Assembly: GCA_965242725.1 (NCBI GenBank) | Contig: CBDESZ010000017.1 | Span: 52,556 to 116,555 of the forward strand | Source: Alkalispirochaeta sp. | GTDB lineage: Bacteria; Spirochaetota; Spirochaetia; DSM-27196; Alkalispirochaetaceae | Reading direction: 5' to 3' | DNA: 64,000 bases | Part shown: piece after piece, positions 1 through 9,784 of the stretch | Numbering within the stretch: the first letter of the stretch is position 1 | Layout of the letters: every line of letters starts with the position of its first letter | The notes under the pieces: generated by a model | The model's database searches: none | Seen by the model: the letters and a program-made list of their open reading frames with translations, nothing else | Told to the model about the DNA's origin: nothing | Made by a program: the position numbers and the translations under genes

Positions 1-734
1 TGGCTGCCCGTCCGACCGGCATCGCATATGACCGCCGTGCCGGAGCTCATGACGTGCGCGTCCGCGGTCTGAACACGCTGACCACTGCCTACCACCGCAG
101 TGACCTTTCCGTTGAGGTAATGGAACATTGTGTATTTTTCGGCGGTCGTCATTGCGTGAAAGTCGACTATCACGACGACGCTGTCTTTCTGGATACGCTC
201 CAGAACGTTTGCAAGATAGGTGAAGGGATTGCCACCGTGAATACGGGTAAAACCGGACTGTCCGATAAGGTTGACGACGGCGACTTTGACCCTGGGGAGG
301 GACTGTGATGTTTCATCACCGCCGGCCTGCCGCTGTTCCCCGCCGTCGGGGGCGTCCACGGATTTGCCGTCGTCATCGGCGGGCGACGCGTTGTCGATCT
401 GAGACCACTCAGACGGGTTGACGGTGAAATGCCGCCACCCCCTTCCCGGCATTTCCGGGGGTAAATTGGCCGGCCTGAGAATGTAGGGTGCCTTGTCGAT
501 GTGGTCGGCGATGTCCTTCTTGAAGAAGGTCTGATCACCACCGGTTATGACGTCTACACCCAGTTTCCGCAGATAGACGCTATGATTCTTTCCGATGCCG
601 AATCCTCCGGTGGCGCCGTCGCCGTTGGCGACGACAAAATCGATATTCAGCTCCTTCCGGAGTCGGGCGAGGTGTGTTTTCACACAGTAGATTCCGGGTT
701 TCCCCACGATTTCGGCGATGTACAAAATACGCAT
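1..734 (-). CDS. YmdB/TIGR00282-family metallophosphoesterase-like protein (3' end runs off the window)
   Basis: Hand translation from ATG at 734 (absent from the ORF track): MRILYIAEIVGKPG...FVVANGDGATGGFGI...LGVDVITGGDQ...ILRPAN...DFHAMTTAEK...VGSGQRVQTAD...CDAGRTGS. Open to base 1; follows the YmdB motif order. Confidence 0.85.
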   Translation of the reverse strand, partial: MRILYIAEIVGKPGIYCVKTHLARLRKELNIDFVVANGDGATGGFGIGKNHSVYLRKLGVDVITGGDQTFFKKDIADHIDKAPYILRPANLPPEMPGRGWRHFTVNPSEWSQIDNASPADDDGKSVDAPDGGEQRQAGGDETSQSLPRVKVAVVNLIGQSGFTRIHGGNPFTYLANVLERIQKDSVVVIVDFHAMTTAEKYTMFHYLNGKVTAVVGSGQRVQTADAHVMSSGTAVICDAGRTGS

Positions 735-910
735 GTGTTTTCATCGTACCCGCCTTACCGGTGAGCGTCCAGACGGCGCGCGGTGACGTCATACCGGTAA
801 AAAAGTGTTATATTCTCAGGTGAGACGCCGAAGTGCTCTCAGCCGTCGATCCAATGATGACGGTTTCGCGCTGCCTCCGGGAGCGCACATATCACATGAG
901 GAGGTGCACG

Positions 911-1405
911 ATGCACAACCGCGATTACGTCGATCTGGGAACACTCCTGGATCAGATCTTCCAGGCAACGGAAGAGTTCACCCACACGTTCGGCAACTTC
1001 GCCTTCAACCAGAAAGAGCGGGGTGAGCACCGCAATTACTACTCGGTCTATCCCTTTCCCCCGGCAAACATTTACATGCTCCAGGACAAGACAATGGTCT
1101 TCGAGTTTGCCCTTGCGGGGTACAGGGACAACGATATCTCCCTCGAGTTTCAGGGCGATTATATGGTTCTCTCCGCCCACGCGCCGGATGCCGCCCCGGA
1201 CTCGGACGAAGTGATTTTTTTCAATCGCCGGCTCAAGTACACGGAGATTCCCGACCAGCGGTACTACGTTCCGGAAGACAAGTTTGACCGGGAAACCGCA
1301 AAGGCGGTCTACAGGAACGGCATCCTGAAGGTAACGATTCCACCGAGAGAAGAGGTCCGGAATCACGAGGGCGTGAAAATAACGATTATCAACGAAGACG
1401 AATAA
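911..1405 (+). CDS. Small heat shock protein (Hsp20/alpha-crystallin family)
   Basis: FPPANIY...FEFALAGY...AVYRNGILKVTIP; GAGGAGG RBS just upstream of ATG 911. Confidence 0.9.
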   Translation: MHNRDYVDLGTLLDQIFQATEEFTHTFGNFAFNQKERGEHRNYYSVYPFPPANIYMLQDKTMVFEFALAGYRDNDISLEFQGDYMVLSAHAPDAAPDSDEVIFFNRRLKYTEIPDQRYYVPEDKFDRETAKAVYRNGILKVTIPPREEVRNHEGVKITIINEDE

Positions 1406-1414
1406 AACAACCCC

Positions 1415-2116
1415 TCATCCCTGCAGCTCGTCTCCAACGATACCGAGATCACAGGAGTCCGGCGGAACAAAGACGATGGGCACGAGGATACGCCAGAGGT
1501 TGCTTCGCGCCCATCCGCTGCGTTTCCGCCACTCCCGAAACTGATCGTTGCTCCCGATCCACCCGCCTCGTTCCCGGGCAACCTCTATGATCGTCGGGTC
1601 GGCGGGGGTACCGGCCGGGGCGTACCGGAACTCCTCGACTCGATCCGAGAGGAAAGCGATATTCCCGGGATCGGCGACGACGTATTGCAGATTTGCATCG
1701 GCAACGGCGACTATCTCGGCAACGTGGTGGCGCCGCAGACAGTGAATAATGTGTAATAGAGGTTCCACCTTCGGCCCTGACGCGTTGAAGGACCACACGA
1801 GATTGCTCACATCCAGGACGGCGGTCCCCTTCTCTTCGGGACGGAGACGACGCATGTATACATTGCCGTCGCTTCCGCGGATGAGTCGCGCCGCCGTCGT
1901 CGAAGAGCGCAGGAGCTGATCAAGCGCCTCCGTCCCGCCGGACAGCAGGGCGTGCACCTGTCGCACCGCTTCGATTGAGGTATTCCATCTGCGTCTGGAA
2001 AAGAGTAACCGTAACGTCTCCACCGAGACCCGCTGCCCGGGGTGATAGGCGGTCAGCAGTTCCGCCGCCAGTTCGTCCGCGGACGCTCCCGCCGGCAGGT
2101 CTCCCCGTTTACCCAT
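1415..2116 (-). CDS. PIN/NYN-fold ribonuclease of Zc3h12a (Regnase)-like type
   Basis: AVLDVSNLVW...AVADANL...APAGTPADPTII...IGSNDQFREW resembles the DGSN...D...SND.F..W pattern. Confidence 0.7.
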   Translation of the reverse strand: MGKRGDLPAGASADELAAELLTAYHPGQRVSVETLRLLFSRRRWNTSIEAVRQVHALLSGGTEALDQLLRSSTTAARLIRGSDGNVYMRRLRPEEKGTAVLDVSNLVWSFNASGPKVEPLLHIIHCLRRHHVAEIVAVADANLQYVVADPGNIAFLSDRVEEFRYAPAGTPADPTIIEVARERGGWIGSNDQFREWRKRSGWARSNLWRILVPIVFVPPDSCDLGIVGDELQG

Positions 2117-2125
2117 CGCCTGCAG

Positions 2126-3628
2126 TCACTGAATCGGGGCGGCCAGATAGGCAAGTCGTGAGAAAATCCGCAGGGTGATCGGCATCTTGCGCATTTCGTC
2201 CACCGTCATGAGCCGGGAATGACCGAAATCCCGTTCCAGCATCTCCTCCACCTGCTCGGCAAATCGCCTTCCTACGACGATGGAGGTAATTTCAAAGTTC
2301 AACCGGAATGACCGGTTATCAAGGTTGACGGTACCGACGGTACCCACGGTGTCGTCTATGAGCATCACCTTTTGATGGAGAAAACCGGGCAGATAGCGGT
2401 ATATCCTTACCCCCGCTTCAAGCATGTGTCCGACGAAGGCGAACGCCGAGAGATAGACGAGCAGGTGATCCGGTCTGTCGGGAATGAGAATCCGTACATC
2501 CACGCCGCGCAGGACGGCCAGTTTCAACGCGTCCTGAACCCCTTCGTCGGGAACGAAATAGGGACTGGCGATCCACAGCCGGTTTCCGGCGGAGTGAATC
2601 GCATGCTGTATGAGGAGACTTGCCGTGGATGAGTCGTCTGCGGGACCCGAGGGAAGGACGAGGGCGGTAACGTTGGATACTGCGGGGAAATGCCTTGTAT
2701 ACGGGGAAGCCCCTTCCGCACCGTAGTCGGAGGGCGGCTGGAACACGTCCCGATCCCGCAGAGATTCGTCGGTGACACAACTCTGCCAGTCGAGATCGAG
2801 ATACTCCTCGGTCGCCCAATGCCAGTCCTCTACAAAGGTCAGCTGGAGCCCCATCACCGCCGGTCCCGTCAGGTGCAGGTGGGTATCCCGCCACGGGCCG
2901 AAACGCTCGCTCCGTCCGAGATACTCATCGCCCACATTGAGTCCCCCGAGGAATCCCTCCACTCCGTCCACGACGAGTGTTTTCCGGTGGTTGCGAAAAT
3001 TCAATTGAAAGCGATTTTTTGCGCCTCTGGTCGATGAAAAGGGCTGGATACGGACGCCGTGGTTCCGCAGGAAGTGCACGTATCTTCGCCCTATCTGGTA
3101 GCTGCCGATCTCGTCGAAGAGGAAATAGACCTCTACTCCCCGGCGGACCGTTTCGATCAGGAGTTCCTGTAATTCACCGCCAATCTGATCATCCCGGACG
3201 ATGTAAAACTGAATAAGGCAGTACCGTCGGGCTCGCCGAATCGCGGCAAACATGGATTTGAAGGCATCCGTCCCGTCGCTTAACAGCTGTACGCCATTTC
3301 CCCGGGTAAAGGGAAGACGGGCGATACGTTCCAGGGCAAGCGCGCGTCCCGTATCATCGTCATCCCTGGCGTGACGCGTTTCCAGGCGGCTTCGGAGATC
3401 ACTGAGGCGGGTCCTCAGTCTGCCGTCCACCTCCTTGCGGGACTGGACATATCCATTAAACCGGGTGCGCCCGAATATCCAGTACGCCGGTACGGCGAGG
3501 TAAGGGAAGGTGTTGAGTGAGACGATCCACGCGATGGCACCCTGGGCGGTACGGGTAGTCAACAGCGCCGACACCGACGTCAGGACGCCGAGAATCTGTG
3601 CGACGGTGATAATTACCGCTAGTACCAT
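2126..3628 (-). CDS. cls: Cardiolipin synthase
   Basis: Two N-terminal TM segments and two HKD motifs (NHRKTLVVDG, LHQKVMLIDD), plus SPYFVP and NLDNRSFRLNFE. Confidence 0.93.
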   Translation of the reverse strand: MVLAVIITVAQILGVLTSVSALLTTRTAQGAIAWIVSLNTFPYLAVPAYWIFGRTRFNGYVQSRKEVDGRLRTRLSDLRSRLETRHARDDDDTGRALALERIARLPFTRGNGVQLLSDGTDAFKSMFAAIRRARRYCLIQFYIVRDDQIGGELQELLIETVRRGVEVYFLFDEIGSYQIGRRYVHFLRNHGVRIQPFSSTRGAKNRFQLNFRNHRKTLVVDGVEGFLGGLNVGDEYLGRSERFGPWRDTHLHLTGPAVMGLQLTFVEDWHWATEEYLDLDWQSCVTDESLRDRDVFQPPSDYGAEGASPYTRHFPAVSNVTALVLPSGPADDSSTASLLIQHAIHSAGNRLWIASPYFVPDEGVQDALKLAVLRGVDVRILIPDRPDHLLVYLSAFAFVGHMLEAGVRIYRYLPGFLHQKVMLIDDTVGTVGTVNLDNRSFRLNFEITSIVVGRRFAEQVEEMLERDFGHSRLMTVDEMRKMPITLRIFSRLAYLAAPIQ

Positions 3629-3735
3629 TGGGGTATGGTGAATGGGGAAGACCCGTTGGTCAACCGCCCCGAGACGGCCGAGACGTTGCGACGGCGTTGT
3701 TTTCCCCACGCAATTGGGATACTATCACAGCCACT

Positions 3736-4440
3736 ATGATAGATTCGTCTCCAAACGTCCTTCCTCAAGGAAAGGCGTATACATATCTTTCCGCGTTATT
3801 TGTCGGCTCCATCGTCGCCGCCAACCTGATGGGAACGAAAGTCATCCCCTTTTTCACGATCGGTGGATTCGAATTTACCGGATCGGTGGGTATTTTTCTC
3901 TTCCCCCTTTCATTTCTGGTAACAGATATCATGGCGGAAATCTGGGGAGGGAAATCGATTCGCTCCCTCATCGGGGCGACGGTGGTGATTCTCCTCCTCA
4001 TTATGGCCGTCACTGCGCTTGCAACGATCATCCCCCCTGCCGATCGGTTTGCGGCCAACAATGACGCCTACCTCACCATTTTCCGGAGCTCCCTCCGTAT
4101 TACAGCGGCGAGTGTCGTTGCCTTCGCCCTCTCCCAGACCCACGATGTCTGGGCGTTCGAGCTGTGGAAGCGAGTCACCCGGGGAAGACTCCTGTGGCTG
4201 CGAAACAACGCGTCCACGATGGTCAGCCAGCTCATCGATACGGTGGTGTTCATGCTTATTGCATTCTGGATGGTGGGCGAACGCTTTACCCTCGGCTACG
4301 TTCTGGGAAGCATGGTCCCTCCCTACTACTTTCTGAAGGTCATCATGGCGCTTCTTGATACACCCTTTGTCTATCTTGGTGTACGAATCCTGCGGGGTGA
4401 GGCTCGGGGTAAAGTGACCGCAGTCAAGGCGGCGTCATAA
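3736..4440 (+). CDS. Queuosine precursor transporter (YhhQ/Vut_1 family)
   Basis: FPLSFLVTDIMAE, SQTHDVWAF, LWLRNNASTMVSQLIDTVVF, ALLDTPFVY. Confidence 0.9.
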   Translation: MIDSSPNVLPQGKAYTYLSALFVGSIVAANLMGTKVIPFFTIGGFEFTGSVGIFLFPLSFLVTDIMAEIWGGKSIRSLIGATVVILLLIMAVTALATIIPPADRFAANNDAYLTIFRSSLRITAASVVAFALSQTHDVWAFELWKRVTRGRLLWLRNNASTMVSQLIDTVVFMLIAFWMVGERFTLGYVLGSMVPPYYFLKVIMALLDTPFVYLGVRILRGEARGKVTAVKAAS

Positions 4441-4492
4441 CGGAGCGTTCGATTGCCGTGACCGATAGAACGTACGCGAAGGGTATTGTCGC

Positions 4493-6349
4493 GTGAAAAG
4501 AAATGCACTTCCCGCCAGATGGAAATCCCGTCGCTTTCTGATCGGCGCCGTGGCGATACTGTTTGGAAGTGCATTTTATATCGCCATACTCTTCTCCCTG
4601 CCGCCGTCGATGAAGGGCGGGGACGTTGCCGTTCAGGATGGCGTCGTCAACCTGTCGGCGGAGACCCGGAATTCCGTCATTTCCCTTACGGGCACGTGGG
4701 AGGCGGTAATCGGCAGACACGTTCTTCCCGCATCTCTTTCATTTATTGAACAGCGCTACATTTCCGTCCCGGGATCCATAAAAGGCGTCGAGAAGATGAC
4801 ATACCGGGTGACCGTCCAGGGGTTGAATCCGGAGGAGCGGTACGCCCTCTATGTGACGGGCGTCGCAGCCTCGGCGCAGATCTATGCCAACGGCGTATTC
4901 ATAGGCACCTTCGGCAGACCGACCGAAGGAGGAGACGCGGAAGCGGGGTTTGTACCCACCCTCTACCCAAACCTGCCAAGGAGCGGGAAGCTTGAACTGG
5001 CGTTCCTCGTGACCAACAACCTCCATGAGCGGGGGGGACTCTGGAGTGAGGTATACTTCGGCCCCCAGCGGGTACTTATCCGCTATCGGGACCGCCTCAA
5101 CCTCGTGGAAACACTGCTCATCGGTGCTCTTGTGACGGTGGCAATATACCACTTGATTCTCGCCTCGATTCACACCGGAGAAGGATCGACTCTGATATTC
5201 GCCGTATTCACCCTCCTCGCGGCGGTCGTCGCGGCAGTGGCGGGACAGCGCGTTTTCCTTCGCCTTCTCCAGCCTCCGCGGGAGTTGCCGTGGATCCGCC
5301 TCGCCTACACCGCCGTCTCTCTTGCCGTGCCGACATTGGTGGCGTACTCGGAACGGCTCTTTCCGCCGCCCCGGAGAAGGAAATTCGTCCCGATTCTCAC
5401 ATCCGCGGCCGCCGTTCACGTCGCCGTGGTGTGGTTGGTACCGTATGCACTGTTTCAGCAGATCCGTGTCGTATGGTATATGATCATTTTCCTCGTCTCC
5501 ATTTATTTACTGTATCTGACCATCTCCGCGGTGAAGCGGCGAGAATGCGGCGCCGCCGTCTCCCTTGTCGGTTTTCTCATTTTTATCGCGTTTACCGGCA
5601 ACGACATCCTCTTCGACATGAGAATCATTCACACCGGATATGTGATGTCCCTCGGTCTGTTTGCCTTCATCCTCTCCCAGGCGACGGTGATCGCCCTGCG
5701 ATATGACGTGATGTTTCAGGAGCTCTCGGAATTTCGGGTACGTCTTGAAGAAACGGTGGCGCAACGGACGGAGCAGCTCCAGGAAGAGCGAAATCGCCTG
5801 CGCTTTCTTGCGCTCAACGATGAACTCACCGGTCTGATCAATCGGCGGTACGGTACGGAGCTTTTAACCAATGAGGTCAGGCGATTTCTCCGCTACTCCA
5901 CATCTCTCTCGGTGGTCCTCGTTGATATCGACTACTTCAAGGAGATAAACGACAATCGGGGCCATCAGGTGGGCGACGACACACTGCAGGGATTTGCCCA
6001 GTTTCTGAAAACGACCACCCGCTCGACGGATATCGTCTGCAGGTGGGGAGGAGAAGAGTTCCTGCTCATACTGCCTAACACCGACGAGTCGGAAGCACAA
6101 AACCTTGCATACAAGCTTCAGGAGACGCTTGCGGCAACGCCTCTCGAAACGCGGGAGGGGTCGACATTACTCACCTTCAGCGCCGGTGTCACCGGTCTGA
6201 GCGAGTCCGACCAGGACGGAGCGGCCGACGCCCATACCGATGCGATCCTGGACGCCCTGCTGCGGTCCGCCGATATTGCGCTGTATACGGCAAAGCGGGA
6301 CGGACGAAACCTCGTGCGCGGCGAGTCCTTTCATCTCGGGCGAGGGTAA
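4493..6349 (+). CDS. Diguanylate cyclase with periplasmic beta-sandwich and 7TM-DISM-like domain
   Basis: N-terminal TM, periplasmic domain, ~7 TM helices, coiled coil, then DELTGLINRR...DIDYFKEIND..GHQVGD...RSTD (I-site)...RWGGEEF. Confidence 0.9.
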   Translation: MKRNALPARWKSRRFLIGAVAILFGSAFYIAILFSLPPSMKGGDVAVQDGVVNLSAETRNSVISLTGTWEAVIGRHVLPASLSFIEQRYISVPGSIKGVEKMTYRVTVQGLNPEERYALYVTGVAASAQIYANGVFIGTFGRPTEGGDAEAGFVPTLYPNLPRSGKLELAFLVTNNLHERGGLWSEVYFGPQRVLIRYRDRLNLVETLLIGALVTVAIYHLILASIHTGEGSTLIFAVFTLLAAVVAAVAGQRVFLRLLQPPRELPWIRLAYTAVSLAVPTLVAYSERLFPPPRRRKFVPILTSAAAVHVAVVWLVPYALFQQIRVVWYMIIFLVSIYLLYLTISAVKRRECGAAVSLVGFLIFIAFTGNDILFDMRIIHTGYVMSLGLFAFILSQATVIALRYDVMFQELSEFRVRLEETVAQRTEQLQEERNRLRFLALNDELTGLINRRYGTELLTNEVRRFLRYSTSLSVVLVDIDYFKEINDNRGHQVGDDTLQGFAQFLKTTTRSTDIVCRWGGEEFLLILPNTDESEAQNLAYKLQETLAATPLETREGSTLLTFSAGVTGLSESDQDGAADAHTDAILDALLRSADIALYTAKRDGRNLVRGESFHLGRG

Positions 6350-6376
6350 CATCGCGGGAGGGTCACGGTTCCACCG

Positions 6377-8488
6377 TCACCCGTCCAAAGACACAACGAT
6401 GCCCTCTCCGCTGCCGACTTCTGCGACATAGAGAGACCCTCCCCGGTCGATAAGGGGGAATGGTTCCGCCTGCCGACGTCCTTCTTCAGTTGAAAAGGCG
6501 AGGGTACCCGTCTTTGCCTGCTCCTTCGTTCCGAGGGGGACTTTCAAGTGTTGAACGGGCTTCTCCGCATAGTTCACCACAAAGAGATACATACCGACGC
6601 GCCACGCGACATACGCCGTTCCGCCCGTCCCGTCCGGAGGAAGGAGCATAGTCACCCGTTCTCCCGCAAGGGAGGGCAGAAGCTCTTCCGCGAAGAGGCG
6701 TATTCTCATAACGTGATAGAAGAGGTATCCGTTCTCACCGAAACGGAAGGGGCCGGCGGTTGCCTTGGGACCGTCTGACTCGTGAAAGACGTAGAGTTTT
6801 GTGTAATGCTCGTTCGGCGCCCGTTGAAAATGGGGATCCCGGCATTCAAAGTTCAACGCCGTATAGGACGGCATATCCACGAGAAAAAGGGCGGTGAAAT
6901 ATCGTGCTTCGTTGCCCCTGAGGTAGTAGTCGTCAAATCGCGGATCGTCCTTGTCCGCCGTCATAACCGTAAATGACGGTGTAACGCGGCGGGTATCCAT
7001 AATATCCCGATAGAGACGGAAGCGCCGGAAAAACTCGGGATCGTCCACCCGCAGGGATTGCAGGTCGCCAAGGGTTACCTCGGAACCACACGCCTCCAGG
7101 TGGTCCACCTCGTTACCGTACGCCATCGTACCCGGTGGTGCGATGAAAGACTCGGCGAAATAGGCAAAAGAGGGTGCGCCGTTATCCCGGCGAACGGCGG
7201 CGGCAATCGATCCGAGGAGATCATAGTACTCGTCGGGATACGGTGGCGTGCCGTCACGACGCATCTGGACGTGGGACATATCTCCCCGCATAAAGTCGAA
7301 TCCATACCGGTCCTGGAGGGACGCGTAGAAGCGCTGCACCTCTTCCCACACCTCCCGTCGGGGACGGGAAAAGTCGATCTCCCACTTCCGATTGTCGTCC
7401 AGACGCTCATAGAGTTTATACCTCGCCAGCGGCCCGAAGACACGGGACATCGGCTCCGGATCGGTGAAGGTGTACTCCCGCCAGATGTGGCCGTCTTCAT
7501 CACGGTGAAATGAATCGGTGTCCACTCGCAAGCCCCGGTAGGGTGGTGCCATCGTGGCCGGGACCGGTTCATACCCCACCCTGTAAATGAAGCGGGCAAT
7601 CGCCTTCCGACGGGAGGAGCGCTGCGAGGGGTCCCCGGACGGCCCGAAAAGCAGATACTCCCGCTCCGCGACGGGAGTGGAATCATCGAATATCGCCTCA
7701 ATGGCGGCGTGTTCGATGGGACGCCCGTCCGCCGCCCCGTATTGTCGAAGAAACACTTGTATCCGTTCCATCACCTCTTCATGGAGATCGGCCCGGTGGT
7801 CGACAATACGCGTATCCTCCCGTCGAAGCCATTCGAAATGGTGAGGAAAGGCAAGGACCACTTCTGAAAATCGATCGGTGTGGGGAATGACGTCCATGCC
7901 GACCGACTTGCCGAGAAGGTGCAGCAAATTCACCGCCCCCTTTAACTGCCGGGCGGGAGTGTTCAAGTGGGGAAAGAGATCGGCGACCGAGGCGCTGTAG
8001 AACTCGCCGTTGATATGACGGCTGCTCATCCCGTAAAGACTGCCGACGACTCCGGGCTCCCATATCGGCAGTATATGGATTGAATCATGAACGCGGGAGA
8101 GCGTGAGGGCGTACTTCACGACACCAAAGAAATCTCCAACGGTTCGGACGTTGACGCCGACCATGTTGGTCCGACGAATCCATTCCGTGTCGGTACGGTA
8201 CGTCGCGGGGCCACGAATCGAAGAAGGCATTTCGTCGGCGGATCGCGCCGGATCGGTACAACCGGGAGAAACGGCGAGATCTGCATCTCCGCCGAAACGA
8301 CCGCGCAATGTATCAAAAAGCTCCTCCACTGTAAGCAGAAGGGCGTCGGCAGGTAACACATTAAGGCATGCATCACTTTGTCCGGTACGGAATAGTGATG
8401 CGGTCGTTCCGTCGTCGGCGGACCGCAGCTCACGGATCGCTTCTACGGTCTTGCCGAGGCGCGCCGCCGAACCGTACCAATCCATCAC
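6377..8488 (-). CDS. GH13 (alpha-amylase clan)-like glycoside hydrolase/phosphorylase, substrate unknown
   Basis: IHILPIWE, GMDVIPHT (region I), GFDFMRGDMSH (region II), FAESF (region III). Confidence 0.7.
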   Translation of the reverse strand: MMDWYGSAARLGKTVEAIRELRSADDGTTASLFRTGQSDACLNVLPADALLLTVEELFDTLRGRFGGDADLAVSPGCTDPARSADEMPSSIRGPATYRTDTEWIRRTNMVGVNVRTVGDFFGVVKYALTLSRVHDSIHILPIWEPGVVGSLYGMSSRHINGEFYSASVADLFPHLNTPARQLKGAVNLLHLLGKSVGMDVIPHTDRFSEVVLAFPHHFEWLRREDTRIVDHRADLHEEVMERIQVFLRQYGAADGRPIEHAAIEAIFDDSTPVAEREYLLFGPSGDPSQRSSRRKAIARFIYRVGYEPVPATMAPPYRGLRVDTDSFHRDEDGHIWREYTFTDPEPMSRVFGPLARYKLYERLDDNRKWEIDFSRPRREVWEEVQRFYASLQDRYGFDFMRGDMSHVQMRRDGTPPYPDEYYDLLGSIAAAVRRDNGAPSFAYFAESFIAPPGTMAYGNEVDHLEACGSEVTLGDLQSLRVDDPEFFRRFRLYRDIMDTRRVTPSFTVMTADKDDPRFDDYYLRGNEARYFTALFLVDMPSYTALNFECRDPHFQRAPNEHYTKLYVFHESDGPKATAGPFRFGENGYLFYHVMRIRLFAEELLPSLAGERVTMLLPPDGTGGTAYVAWRVGMYLFVVNYAEKPVQHLKVPLGTKEQAKTGTLAFSTEEGRRQAEPFPLIDRGGSLYVAEVGSGEGIVVSLDG

Positions 8489-9126
8489 ACAAATTCCACA
8501 TCGTAATCGCGGGAAATGACGATATTCGCCTGCCGCCGGTGAGGTGCAATAATGTCGTGTTCAACCTTCAGTACTTCTTCGATAAACGGATCAAAGAGCT
8601 CCCGTGCGCGCCGCTTGCGCGCGGGCAATGTATCATTGTAGTCCCTGGCGATGAAGACGTGTACGTCCGCTTCATCAAGGATGGTGGTATAGGTCCCTTC
8701 CGCGATAATGACACGAAGCCCCTCGGTGTTCAGCTCTTCCTCGATGATCGTGTCTTTTTCATAGATCACCAGAGGTTTGGCCAGCTTCTTCACGCCGCTC
8801 TTCAGCTGCCGCAAATGACCGTTCAGGTCGTCAAGCTTAACCTCACCCGTCCCGACCCAGGATTGGTCGGACCGGCGCCTCGCATCGTTCGATTTTGGAG
8901 GCAGGACGAAGTAGTCGTCCTGTTGCAGGACGATCGCGGGAAAACCGGCGACCTCAAAGGCCTCCTTCAACGCCTGTCCCATCTCGGACTTTCCACTTCC
9001 CGATTCACCGGCAACGGTCAGTGCCAGAGGTCGGTCGAGGAAAGAAAGTCGGGACTGCAACGCTTCCACAATGACTGCAGCAGCATTCCGGTGATGTTCC
9101 TCAATGATAATGACGTCACCATGCAT
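8485..9126 (-). CDS. P-loop kinase, uridine kinase/PRK-like family
   Basis: Walker A AGESGSGKS, QDDYF, IIAEGTY; 4-nt overlap with the GH13-like gene. Confidence 0.75.
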   Translation of the reverse strand: MHGDVIIIEEHHRNAAAVIVEALQSRLSFLDRPLALTVAGESGSGKSEMGQALKEAFEVAGFPAIVLQQDDYFVLPPKSNDARRRSDQSWVGTGEVKLDDLNGHLRQLKSGVKKLAKPLVIYEKDTIIEEELNTEGLRVIIAEGTYTTILDEADVHVFIARDYNDTLPARKRRARELFDPFIEEVLKVEHDIIAPHRRQANIVISRDYDVEFV

Positions 9127-9144
9127 CGACAGCCTCCATGTAAA

Positions 9145-9188
9145 TTGGTTTATCCAACCAACGTACTAAAGAAATGCCCATTTGTCAA
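9145..9188 (-). promoter_or_regulatory. Sigma70-like promoter with a downstream palindromic operator for the kinase-GH13 pair
   Basis: Minus strand TTGACA (9183-9188), 17 nt, TACGTT; palindrome TTGGTT-N5-AACCAA at 9145-9161. Confidence 0.5.
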
Positions 9189-9209
9189 CGTTCCCGGGGG
9201 GCATTTCCC

Positions 9210-9725
9210 TCAGTCAATAGTCCCGATGTAGGGCAACCAGCGGTATTTCTGGTCGAAATCGATTCCGTAACCGACGATAAAGAGATCGGGGATCTCCTTT
9301 CCCACATATTTCACCGGCACCTCCGCCTGACGCCGTGCGGGCTTATCGATGAGGGTACATATTTCAAGGCTCGCAGGCCCTTCTAAAAGCAGCCGCTCTC
9401 TGATCCTGCTCAAGGTGAGACCGGTATCGATGATGTCCTCCACGATCAATACGTGCCGCTCATGCACCGACTCATTGAGACCTTTCAGGATGACCAGCTC
9501 GCCCGTACTCTCCCTGCCGGCATATGACGTGGCCGCCATGAAATCGACTTCCGCCGGAATATTCAACGCCCGCATGAGGTCGGACATAAAGACAAAGGAG
9601 CCTTTCAGGAGTCCGATCATGAGCAGGTCTTTTCCGTCATAGTCATCACGTATGCGTCGAGCCAGCTCCGATACCGTTTCTTTGATTTCCTCTTCAGTGA
9701 GGACCGGGTGAAGTTCAGGTTTCAT
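9210..9725 (-). CDS. hpt: Hypoxanthine phosphoribosyltransferase
   Basis: LLKGSFVFMSDL, VLIVEDIIDTGLTL (PRPP-binding), FIVGYGID. Confidence 0.95.
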   Translation of the reverse strand: MKPELHPVLTEEEIKETVSELARRIRDDYDGKDLLMIGLLKGSFVFMSDLMRALNIPAEVDFMAATSYAGRESTGELVILKGLNESVHERHVLIVEDIIDTGLTLSRIRERLLLEGPASLEICTLIDKPARRQAEVPVKYVGKEIPDLFIVGYGIDFDQKYRWLPYIGTID

Positions 9726-9784
9726 GGGGAATGAGTATACATGCGGGCGGCCACAATTAACATCGGGTTATGAAGATCGGGCAA

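Noticed and set aside
760..910. CIRCE operator upstream of Hsp20
   Set aside because: TTAGCACTC-N9-GAGTGCTAA is not present.
3629..3735. preQ1 riboswitch upstream of the queuosine precursor transporter
   Set aside because: No preQ1-I stem with an A-rich tail is visible; an Rfam scan would be needed to exclude other classes.
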